Of a DNA stretch of 64,000 nt, positions 26,740 to 35,118 are shown one piece after another. The position numbers and the translations under genes were made by a program. Below the pieces are notes generated by a model. The model was not told where the DNA came from. It saw nothing but the letters and a program-made list of their open reading frames with translations, and searched no databases. Each line of letters opens with the position of its first letter. Position 1 is the first letter of the stretch. The DNA lies in NCBI RefSeq assembly GCF_053078305.1, contig NZ_CP166879.1; one strand, 5' to 3'.

Positions 26740-28216
26740 TCTCCTGAACCCGACCTGATGTGTCGTACCCGGTCCCCCGCAGACCTTCAGTTTTCTGCTG
26801 TTCTTCTGCCAGTTGGTGCATCAGGTCATTCAGTACCAGCGTCCTGAGGGCCCGGGTGACAGCCACATATAACAGACAGGTTTCATCATGACGCTCGGCC
26901 TCCGTCATCAGCGGAACCGTGATATCCTGGAAATCCTCATCCAGCATTACAACCGGCCACTCCAGCCCCTTGCTCCGGTGTGCCGTTGACACCGTGATAT
27001 CTGCATCCTGCTCATTCGTTACCGTATACTGCCGGAGAAGTTCCAGTTTTTTCGGTAACGGAAAACACAACTCCAGAAGCCGAAGGGACTGATTCATCTC
27101 CACATCCTTCGTGGATTTTGCAATATATTTATATTCTTCAAAATTCCTGTAGTCCCGGCGCAGCCTGTCTGAATGCATCCGTTCCGGCATATCAACCTGG
27201 AACCAGTAGAGATCCTCAAGTTCCCCGGTCCTGTAACCTTCGATTCCCCCCACCCAGTAAACCTTTTGCCCTTTCATTGCCGCCATCAGCGCAGTACCAA
27301 TCACACCCGCGACAGTACGACTGAGTACCGTGTAATGCCCCTGCAGATGTTCACGCGCATGGCATTTCAGCAATACCTCATCATCACCACCACAACCTTT
27401 CACCTCTCGTGTTTCACCTTCACGCTGCAGAAGCAGATTTGCCATACGAGCCACCGCCGGACCAAAACGGAAACTCTGTGTCAGCCACAACCGGTCCGCA
27501 TTCTTCAGTGCAGGATGGGAAAGCGCATTATTCGCACCCCGAAAGCGGTAAATCTGTTGATAACAATCTCCAACAAGGACCACCCGACACTTCTGCCCCA
27601 GAACCAGAGCAGTGGTCACCGGATTCGCATCCTGCGCCTCATCAAACAGGATGGTGTCCCATCGGTGAGACAGGTCTGCACCGGACAACTGGAAGAGTTT
27701 CAGATAAGTATCGTGCGTCACCGGGAACGTCCCCCCGGGGTTGCTCATTTCGTTCCAGAGCAACTGCACCGCCCGAAGCGCATCTGCTGGCGGAACACCC
27801 CGCATCTCATCCTTATCCGGCAGGTGATGCAGGCCCGGTACCGCATCAGCAGAACAGATAAAATGATTCAGCCCCGTCCCTGCCACCCGTGCCAGAGCCC
27901 AGTATCGTGTATTCAGCTTTCTCGCCACATCAGTAATACGTAATCCCGGAACCAGCCGATGACGGTAGTGTCTTCCAACCCGGGCATACGCCAGCTGATG
28001 TGACGTTCTGCATTCCACGTTAAAGGGAAATTTACGCTCTGCCTCATCACGTATTGCCCGGTTATAGGCAAGATAGAGCATACGGCTGTCCGGACTGGCC
28101 CGGGCAAACTGCACCAGCGTACTCGTCTTCCCTGTGCCGGAAAACGCATTCACAACCAGTTGCTGCCCCTGCCAGTTAATAATGGCGTACTGTTCATCTG
28201 TGGGATTAAAAGACAT
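26726..28216 (-). CDS. UvrD/Rep-like superfamily 1 DNA helicase
   Basis: Start MSFNPTDEQYAIINWQ (ATG 28216); Walker A GTGKTS, motif II FDEAQD, C-terminal VAVTRA-type motif. Confidence 0.8.
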   Translation of the reverse strand: MSFNPTDEQYAIINWQGQQLVVNAFSGTGKTSTLVQFARASPDSRMLYLAYNRAIRDEAERKFPFNVECRTSHQLAYARVGRHYRHRLVPGLRITDVARKLNTRYWALARVAGTGLNHFICSADAVPGLHHLPDKDEMRGVPPADALRAVQLLWNEMSNPGGTFPVTHDTYLKLFQLSGADLSHRWDTILFDEAQDANPVTTALVLGQKCRVVLVGDCYQQIYRFRGANNALSHPALKNADRLWLTQSFRFGPAVARMANLLLQREGETREVKGCGGDDEVLLKCHAREHLQGHYTVLSRTVAGVIGTALMAAMKGQKVYWVGGIEGYRTGELEDLYWFQVDMPERMHSDRLRRDYRNFEEYKYIAKSTKDVEMNQSLRLLELCFPLPKKLELLRQYTVTNEQDADITVSTAHRSKGLEWPVVMLDEDFQDITVPLMTEAERHDETCLLYVAVTRALRTLVLNDLMHQLAEEQQKTEGLRGTGYDTSGRVQENGHA

Positions 28217-28447
28217 GTATTCTCTTCTCCGGAAAAACATTTCCGTAATCTGATGCATCAGGGGTATGCCCACCACAAATAACTCTGTACAGCAACAGAA
28301 AAATTTCCCTGGTCATATGATGAATTAATCATCGCCATCACACCGGATGCTTCTCATCCTGTCCTCAGAAAGACAGGTGGTCTCCTGTCTGCCGCGCTTA
28401 TCCAGGATACCGGGACCTGAAAGGTCATAATCTGGCAGGAAAAAATA

Positions 28448-30124
28448 ATGTCCGAAGTAAAAAAACACGTTTCTTATTCATTAACAGTTGCAGCTATGCT
28501 GTCAGCCGCCATCGTCTGTCAGACAGCACATGCTGATATCAACACACCGAACATCACCGGAGAAAAAAACAATACAACAACACGATTCTCCGGAAATATT
28601 TACGGCAGTGAAAATACTGTCACATCAGAGTCAAACAGTCTGGTTGTGGGTAACAGTAATTCCGTGGAGGGAGGGTATAACAACATTGTTATTGGTAATT
28701 CCTCCACGGTCAAAGCTTCCGGTTTGATCAGAAAAGTGGGCGAAGATATTGTGCTGGATGGTTACAGCGTCAGCCTCGGTAATGCCACCAGAATTAACGG
28801 TGATTCATCTGTTGCCATAGGTCTGACATCGTCCGTAACCGGGAACGACTCCGTGGCACTGGGCAGTCATTCCAGTGCTAACGGAAACAATATCGTATCC
28901 GTCGGCTCTGACACACTGAAACGCCGCATCACAAATCTGGCACAGGGGAAAGATGACCATGATGCGGTAAATCTGATGCAGATGACCAGTGCTGTTAACC
29001 GGGAAGCTGGAGAAAGAATAAAATCAACAAACAACCTGCAGAATCAGCTTAATACCCTCTCTGGTCAGGTCATAACTGAAACCAGGGCCCGAACAGAAGG
29101 TGATGCAGCAGCGCTGGCTGCAGCCAGAGCCCACAGCGATGAAAACGACAAAAGAACACTGGTCAGTGCGAATACCTATGCTGACCAGAAAGAAACCGCC
29201 ATCAATAACCGTACTGACGGATTACTGACGACCGAACGCCAGGCACGCACCGCAGGCGATACTGCAACTCTGGCTGCTGCCAGAACGCACAGCGATGAAA
29301 ACAACAAAAGAACACTGATCAGTGCGAATACCTATGCTGACCAGAAAGAAACCGCCATCAATAACCGTACTGACGGATTACTGGCTACAGAACGCCAGGC
29401 ACGCACCGCAGGCGATACTGCAACTCTGGCTGCTGCCAGAACGCACAGCGATGAAAACAACAAAAGAACACTGGTCAGTGCGAATACTTATGCTGACCAG
29501 AAAGAAACCGACATCAATAACCGTACTGACGGATTACTGGCTACAGAACGCCAGGCACGCACCGCAGGCGATACTGCAACTCTGGCTGCTGCCAGAACGC
29601 ACAGCGATGAAAACAACAAAAGAACACTGATCAGTGCGAATACCTATGCTGACCAGAAAGAAACCGCCATCAATAACCGTACTGACGGATTACTGACGAC
29701 CGAACGCCAGGCACGCATCGCAGGTGATGCCGCAACTCTGGCAACAGCAGCGGCATACAGTGACGCCGGGGATTCACTGACACTGAAACAGGCAACAGCC
29801 TACAGCGATATCAGTACCCGCCGGGCACTGTCAGAGGCCAATCGTTATACCGACAACAAATTCAGAAACCTGAGCAATAAAATTGAACGGGCAGAAAAAA
29901 GACTTAATGCAGGCATCGCCGGAGTGACAGCAATATCCTCCATCCCCTATGTGGCTGAAAATTCTTTTTCATACGGGATCGGCGTGGGTAACTATCAGAA
30001 CGCTAATGCTGTGGCCGCAGGCATTCAGTATAAAACATCACGTAATACCAATATACGCCTCAACATCTCCTGGGACTCATCTCATAACACCGCGATTGGT
30101 GCAGGGGTTGCCGGCGGCTGGTAA
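28448..30124 (+). CDS. Trimeric autotransporter adhesin (YadA-like; Eib/Saa-like size class)
   Basis: Signal peptide (AAMLSAAIVCQTAHA); head repeats (NSVEGGYNNIVIGNSS, SVAIGLTSSVTGNDSVALG); coiled-coil stalk with tandem repeats; C-terminal YadA anchor ending NISWDSSHNTAIGAGVAGGW. Confidence 0.8.
   Translation: MSEVKKHVSYSLTVAAMLSAAIVCQTAHADINTPNITGEKNNTTTRFSGNIYGSENTVTSESNSLVVGNSNSVEGGYNNIVIGNSSTVKASGLIRKVGEDIVLDGYSVSLGNATRINGDSSVAIGLTSSVTGNDSVALGSHSSANGNNIVSVGSDTLKRRITNLAQGKDDHDAVNLMQMTSAVNREAGERIKSTNNLQNQLNTLSGQVITETRARTEGDAAALAAARAHSDENDKRTLVSANTYADQKETAINNRTDGLLTTERQARTAGDTATLAAARTHSDENNKRTLISANTYADQKETAINNRTDGLLATERQARTAGDTATLAAARTHSDENNKRTLVSANTYADQKETDINNRTDGLLATERQARTAGDTATLAAARTHSDENNKRTLISANTYADQKETAINNRTDGLLTTERQARIAGDAATLATAAAYSDAGDSLTLKQATAYSDISTRRALSEANRYTDNKFRNLSNKIERAEKRLNAGIAGVTAISSIPYVAENSFSYGIGVGNYQNANAVAAGIQYKTSRNTNIRLNISWDSSHNTAIGAGVAGGW
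29132..29755 (+). repeat. Four tandem copies of a 156-bp (52-codon) in-frame repeat inside the adhesin stalk
   Basis: Unit starts at 29132, 29288, 29444 and 29600 (CACAGCGATGAAAAC...), near-identical; encodes HSDENNKRTL(V/I)SANTYADQKETAINNRTDGLL(T/A)TERQARTAGDTATLAAART. Confidence 0.9.
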
Positions 30125-30363
30125 ATAATCTTGCGTACATACGGCATTATGGTATTCCATAATCACATTAATTCAGTACGCAACACAGCCCCATCCGGAA
30201 CAGACCACTGGACTGAGCGGGATAATCAAGGAAAAAGGGCGCGCAGTGAGGTCAGCCTTCACAACAATCCGGCGGCAGATTTCCTGCCGCCGTGTTGCCC
30301 GTTAACATTTAACTTCGTGGGCTGACGTTGCCACAAGCACCGTATTTCCCTGATTTATTCTGT

Positions 30364-30852
30364 TTATTTTATTGTGGATAATGATGCCAATGGCATGAAT
30401 AAAGTTCTTCCGGACTCCGGGAACGCCATAAAGCCATAATGTTTGTAAAATGCGACTGCCGTGTCATCTTTTGCATCAACAATAAGCGCATATGCTGCAA
30501 TTTCAGATGTGTATGCACGATATAGCGCATCAGCTAAAAGTGCTCCCCCAAGCCCCGTTCCTTTTGATGACAGACTTACTGCCAGTCGTCCCATACGAAT
30601 AGCCGGAATAGTGGGATATCGCGGAAGCTTTTTTCTCAAATGCTCAGGTAAGTCAGTTAATAATATACTGGCCGCTGATAACGTATAGTATCCGATGATA
30701 TGATGATCGTTATCTACAGCGACAAAACAGGCCGCGATGCGTCGTCGAATATCCTGTGTGACATGCTCTTTTATGTAACGGTCCAGAGCATCAGAGCCAC
30801 ATAAAAATGAGGTTCTGTCATATGTGCTGTTAAATGGTGTCAGTTGAAACAT
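30364..30852 (-). CDS. GNAT-family acetyltransferase toxin (TacT/KacT/ItaT-like type II toxin)
   Basis: 162 aa with GNAT acetyl-CoA motif GTGLGGALLADAL; immediately downstream of, and co-oriented with, a DUF1778-type antitoxin gene (5-bp gap). Confidence 0.75.
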   Translation of the reverse strand: MFQLTPFNSTYDRTSFLCGSDALDRYIKEHVTQDIRRRIAACFVAVDNDHHIIGYYTLSAASILLTDLPEHLRKKLPRYPTIPAIRMGRLAVSLSSKGTGLGGALLADALYRAYTSEIAAYALIVDAKDDTAVAFYKHYGFMAFPESGRTLFMPLASLSTIK

Positions 30853-30857
30853 TATAT

Positions 30858-31139
30858 TTATTTTGTGTACAGCATATTATTACGGCGTTTAAAGGCCCGT
30901 TTAAGCGCATCATTCGGCTCTGTTGGTGACAGTAATGCCTGAGCAAAAATTTCCTGATCTGTCCGGGACAGTCGGATTATATCGGTTTGTTCGATAGCGC
31001 GTTGGGCCGCATCCTGAACGGCAGCAATGATAAAATCGGTCATAGTGCGCCCCTGGATTTCTGCAGCGCGCTTCAGCATGGCATGTAGTTCTGTGCTGAT
31101 CCTTGCTTCCAGTCGGGCAGTTTGTGTTGCAGATGGCAT
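30858..31139 (-). CDS. DUF1778-type ribbon-helix-helix antitoxin (TacA/KacA-like)
   Basis: 93 aa, RLEARISTELHAMLKRAAEIQGRTMTDFIIAAV (RHH fold), upstream partner of the GNAT gene. Confidence 0.75.
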   Translation of the reverse strand: MPSATQTARLEARISTELHAMLKRAAEIQGRTMTDFIIAAVQDAAQRAIEQTDIIRLSRTDQEIFAQALLSPTEPNDALKRAFKRRNNMLYTK

Positions 31140-31157
31140 GATTTGTACCTCCTGAAT

Positions 31158-31184
31158 ACACTGTACGGCAAATTGCCGTATTGT
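31158..31184. promoter_or_regulatory. Palindromic candidate operator upstream of the toxin-antitoxin operon
   Basis: TACGGCAA-a-TTGCCGTA perfect 8-bp arms (31164-31180) inside a longer imperfect dyad, about 25 bp upstream of the antitoxin start. Confidence 0.45.
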
Positions 31185-31556
31185 GCAAATTACACTCTGA
31201 CACCGGGACGGCAGACAGACATTCTGCCTGAAAAGAAAAATCAGATTCAGACAAAACTATCCGGGGGATGTTAACGCCACGATCTTTGACCATTGCATAC
31301 AGATAAAAGCTCAGATTATTTACCAGCAGTGACATCCGGAGTACACCGGGATTTTATCTGTGAGTGAACATACCCGGGCAAAAAAATCCCCCGAATTCAG
31401 GGGGGTGTCAAAGAGGAATTATGTATATTGGTTATTATAATGAGCACGCCTCCGGTATTCCGCGACGAATGTTCACGTGGTGGCATGAACGGCCCGGAAA
31501 CGTGCTCTTCTGATTTTTAACGTAAATTTACACTAAAGGCAACTCTGATACTGCCT

Positions 31557-32132
31557 TCACCGGATATAGGAGAAGGCCGTCGTGACCCGCTTCACTCCGC
31601 TCACCCTACTGGCAACATCTGCTGCCGCTCGCCCTTCCTGCTCTGTAACCAGGCCCAGTAAAAAGACTTCGCTGTTTTCTGTCACCACCTTGACACTGGA
31701 TGATTTGACACGGGCACTTGTGAGTAACTGAGAACGAATTTTTGTCGTAAGCCAGGCATCACCTGCCATTATGACCGGACTGACGGGTGTCCCCTGCCGG
31801 ATTTCATTATAGACCTCCTGAACACCATCGACACCGAGTGCTATCTGACGGGCACGGGCAGATAATTCACGGCCCGGAGACTGACCGATCAGCAGCACGC
31901 GTCCCTGATATGCAATCTCACTGATACGTGCTTCTTTTCTGATTTGTTCATCTTTTGAAAGTGCACTGCTGACCCTCAGCTCCAGCACTTCATCATCCAC
32001 CTGCGCTCCGACACTGCGTGGGTCGGTTGCTGCCTTTGTCCCGACAGCAGCTGTACCCACCACAGCGGCAGCCACGCACCCCTGTAACAATAAGGCTGAA
32101 GTAAGGACAACAGCAGAATATAATAAACGCAT
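31557..32132 (-). CDS. BON-domain outer-membrane lipoprotein, DolP/YraP paralog
   Basis: 191 aa; lipobox LLLQGC then VAAAVVGTAAVGTKAATDPRSVG and two BON-like segments ending VSGVKRVTTAFSYIR; closely resembles core DolP but sits in the island. Confidence 0.8.
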   Translation of the reverse strand: MRLLYSAVVLTSALLLQGCVAAAVVGTAAVGTKAATDPRSVGAQVDDEVLELRVSSALSKDEQIRKEARISEIAYQGRVLLIGQSPGRELSARARQIALGVDGVQEVYNEIRQGTPVSPVIMAGDAWLTTKIRSQLLTSARVKSSSVKVVTENSEVFLLGLVTEQEGRAAADVASRVSGVKRVTTAFSYIR

Positions 32133-32438
32133 ATCTCCCCCGGAATTGTTTTGATTTTTACTTCATATTCCCGGAATTTATCGTACAAAAAGTTTACCTT
32201 CAGTGAAACAAAACAAGCTACAGACTGTTATTATCCTCCGGCACAGCCGGAAACAGCGGATGCGTTACGTGGCATATCTGTATCTGTCAGACGGAAAGAT
32301 TTATATCGGATATGGATGTACTGGAATTTAATATTGATCATGTTTTTTGCACGAAAACTTTGATACCGTCGTAAAGATTCTTTTTTTAACTATCTGGTTC
32401 GCTGAACAGGATCTCCTTTTCGTTATACACAGGCTGAA

Positions 32439-32467
32439 AGGCACCGTGGAGCCCCCGGTGCCTTTTT
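32439..32467. terminator. Hairpin with T tract downstream of the ydcH-like gene (possibly bidirectional)
   Basis: GGCACCG-tggagcccc-CGGTGCC followed by TTTTTC on the plus strand. Confidence 0.35.
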
Positions 32468-32509
32468 CATAAAACAGAGAAAACACGTCTTTGAATATAC
32501 CGTTTATGA

Positions 32510-32737
32510 TTACCGTTCGCCCTTTTCTGACTCATCTTCAAGGATTTTCTGGATTTCTCTTTTGATCTCAAGTTTTTCAAGCTTCAGCCTGACCACTTTC
32601 GTCGAATACGCTGAACCAAATTCATCTTCAATTCTTTTTATTTCGTGATCAAGTTTATTATGCTTTTCAAATAAAGAATCAAAGCGTTTATGATTTCCTT
32701 TCAATGCTGAAATCAGTTCTCTGTACTCCGGGAACAT
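32510..32737 (-). CDS. YdcH-family (DUF465) small protein
   Basis: 75 aa, MFPEYRELISALKGNHKRFDSLFEKHNKLDHEIKRIEDE, resembles E. coli YdcH. Confidence 0.7.
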   Translation of the reverse strand: MFPEYRELISALKGNHKRFDSLFEKHNKLDHEIKRIEDEFGSAYSTKVVRLKLEKLEIKREIQKILEDESEKGER

Positions 32738-33846
32738 TGTTTTTATCTCCTTTCATCAACACTGTAACAATACATATAAACATTAATATTATTAAAGATT
32801 CTCACCATCAATATTCGCAGTGAATAATGCAGCATCTCATATTCACATCCTGCAGAGAAAACCCCTCCGGAGAGGGGTGAGTGTAGCGTAATGGAGTGTT
32901 ATGTAGCATGGTGCCGGGTGCCTCCCGGTGAGTTCAGTATCAGCACCTGAACCCGCACAGATAAGGGATGTGACCAAACACCTACGATACTGATATGCCC
33001 CGCCGCTCAGGGGGATTCACCATGCAGTATTTTTTTAACAAATATCCCGTAAGACCGACAATAATCCACTGACTGAACTGTGAGGTATTTAACATTTACA
33101 GATGACTGACTGTGGTGATCAGAGGTATTACAGTCATCCCCCTGTGGCTGCAGTCCGACCATACCATAACCAGCCATACGTCTTACCCGGAAAGCAAATG
33201 GAGCTTTTTGCCATAAACAACACTCTCCGGCTTCAACAAATGGAGCAGAGAATATCTTCAGAAAGTAACAATCAGTTAAAAACAGATCTTTTTTGTATTC
33301 CGTAAATTTTTCAGAAGAGAAAAAGAATTAATTGTCGCCAACGCCTTCAACAGATCGCATCATCAACGAATGATAACAACCTGAAGGATACCGCGATGGA
33401 GTTGACTGTAGACCTGCTAAAAAACCTTAACAACATCAGACAAAATGCTACTATATATGTTCACGCATACCACTATACTGATGATGAAAAATGCGTTATG
33501 GTGCCACGGATATCTTTACCATCACTGAAATTAACTCCGTTGCAATCAGAAATAATTATTCTGACATCTTCTTAATGGAGTCAATTATATAAGGCACGAC
33601 GGGTATGTTCAGGGATATGAAGAAAAAAATGTGGCAACTTTCACAATACAGGAGGAGGGACACCATCGTTTCAAAGCAGACTTATCACAAAATGGGGAAA
33701 GTGATATAGCCAGCAATGTACTAAATCACTGGCTACATCGTATACATAAAACAGATATCATTGTTCTGTCTGTTGTTCTTACAGAATAAATCCTGTTACC
33801 TCCTGAATGTTACAAGGTTTTATATTTATCCTATGAGCATACGTAC

Positions 33847-34128
33847 GTGAAAACTAATAAAAAAGGCACAACATGGCACATTTTTTACCGTGAAAATTCA
33901 GGCGCGGAAGTTTTGCTTGAAATACCATCATTTCGGGAATGTCTTTCAGTATCTAAAGAATTAATGACCCCATCAAATTACATGATATGCATAGAAAAAA
34001 ATGGCGAAAGAATAAAACGCCGGGACAGGGAAATCATCGCTGGCTCTAACAAATGGATTAACTGCCCACCTGATAACTTCGAAATATCAGGTGAGCTAAT
34101 AACCATTAACAGAATTATTAAAAAGTAA
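33847..34128 (+). CDS. Hypothetical small protein (AT-rich region)
   Basis: 93-aa ORF only; no recognisable motif. Confidence 0.25.
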   Translation: MKTNKKGTTWHIFYRENSGAEVLLEIPSFRECLSVSKELMTPSNYMICIEKNGERIKRRDREIIAGSNKWINCPPDNFEISGELITINRIIKK

Positions 34129-34250
34129 CTCCGGATTCAGACAATGCATTAAGCAAGGCACTATAACAAGCAACGGGTTCATTTTTTGCGGGAGAATGCC
34201 TGTAAGATATCTCTGTGCCAGCACTACCCCTCTATTTTTATAAAACACCT

Positions 34251-34751
34251 TTAACAAACCTCGTCATTCTGATAAACAGAAGCATTCTCCTCATGATGTA
34301 ATTCACCACAGACAGCCCCTTTCCTGTTTAATTTTGCCTGATAGTGTAAATCTGGATATAACTTCACAATATATCGAAGAAACACGGAGTAAGATATATG
34401 ACTGAATAACGCCTCATGCACATTTTTCAGCAAACAACCGGAATTAACCATGAGAGCCATCTCAGAATGTTGTTTCTGCATAAATACAGCAACAGTACTG
34501 CGATTAAAAAGAGCATTTTCATGTAACTCACTTGCATCACGTCTCAGTGAAAATACAAAACCATTCTGTGAAAACGTCAGTTCCGGGTGTTTTTCCTTCA
34601 GTAATCTGTAAATATCTGGCAGTCTCATTCCATCCTTAATCCAGAGTGCAATGGCGTCACGCTCCTGGTTGATTAAGTTTTTTATCTTATTTTTTTCTGG
34701 TATAATCTTACCTTTCATATTATCTCCCTCAGGAACAACAAAGAAGTTCAC
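34251..34751 (-). CDS. Hypothetical protein (AT-rich region upstream of the Type III R-M locus)
   Basis: 166-aa ORF; alternative start MKGKIIPEK; no recognisable motif. Confidence 0.3.
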   Translation of the reverse strand: MNFFVVPEGDNMKGKIIPEKNKIKNLINQERDAIALWIKDGMRLPDIYRLLKEKHPELTFSQNGFVFSLRRDASELHENALFNRSTVAVFMQKQHSEMALMVNSGCLLKNVHEALFSHISYSVFLRYIVKLYPDLHYQAKLNRKGAVCGELHHEENASVYQNDEVC

Positions 34752-34893
34752 ATATACAGAACCAGCTTTGTCTACATACCCGGAATTCAGTAAAGAAACA
34801 TAATCTATAAGACTTACTCACTTTAACAAAACAACATTCCTGGATAAAATAATATCCGATGAAATAATCTCCGCATAAATACATGAGGCTGCC

Positions 34894-35118
34894 ATGACAC
34901 GCAACGCAACGCAACGCAACGCAACGCAACGCAACGCAACGCAACGCAACGCAACGCAACGCAACGCAACGCAACGCAACGCAACGCAACGCAACGCAAC
35001 GCAACAATATGCTCGCCTGAACTCTCTCCGTCAAGTACCTCTACCTCCGTGCTTTCTGGAGGTACTGTATGAATATACGCAACAATCATCTACCGGGAAC
35101 AGAAACTCTTTTTTCTGA
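34894..35118 (+). CDS. Candidate leader ORF containing the pentanucleotide tract and overlapping the mod start
   Basis: ATG 34894 preceded by GAGG (34885-34888); reads MT(RNATQ)x7 through the repeat and ends at 35118, 50 nt beyond the mod ATG; coding status unproven. Confidence 0.35.
   Translation: MTRNATQRNATQRNATQRNATQRNATQRNATQRNATQQYARLNSLRQVPLPPCFLEVLYEYTQQSSTGNRNSFF
34899..35005 (+). repeat. Perfect pentanucleotide simple-sequence repeat (GCAAC)21
   Basis: 21 uninterrupted GCAAC units at 34901-35005 (tract with partial unit starts 34899), ending 63 bp upstream of the mod ATG. Confidence 0.97.

Noticed and set aside
27173-27943. 256-aa plus-strand ORF inside the helicase gene
   Set aside because: Antisense to a gene with clear helicase motifs.
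29322-29630. 102-aa ORF in an alternate frame within the adhesin repeats
   Set aside because: Produced by the tandem repeat itself (repeated peptide); the adhesin frame is the coding one.
30910-31335. 141-aa minus-strand ORF overlapping the antitoxin gene
   Set aside because: Alternate frame over the DUF1778 antitoxin; cysteine/arginine-rich, no homology.
29132-35005. Possible CRISPR array (tandem repeats at 29132-29755 and 34899-35005)
   Set aside because: Neither has repeat-spacer architecture: one is an in-frame coding repeat, the other a simple pentanucleotide repeat. No cas genes in the window.
34729-35089. Two minus-strand ORFs reading through the GCAAC tract (repeated ALRCV peptide)
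   Set aside because: The tract has no stop codon in any frame, so ORF callers extend through it; no start or RBS support.
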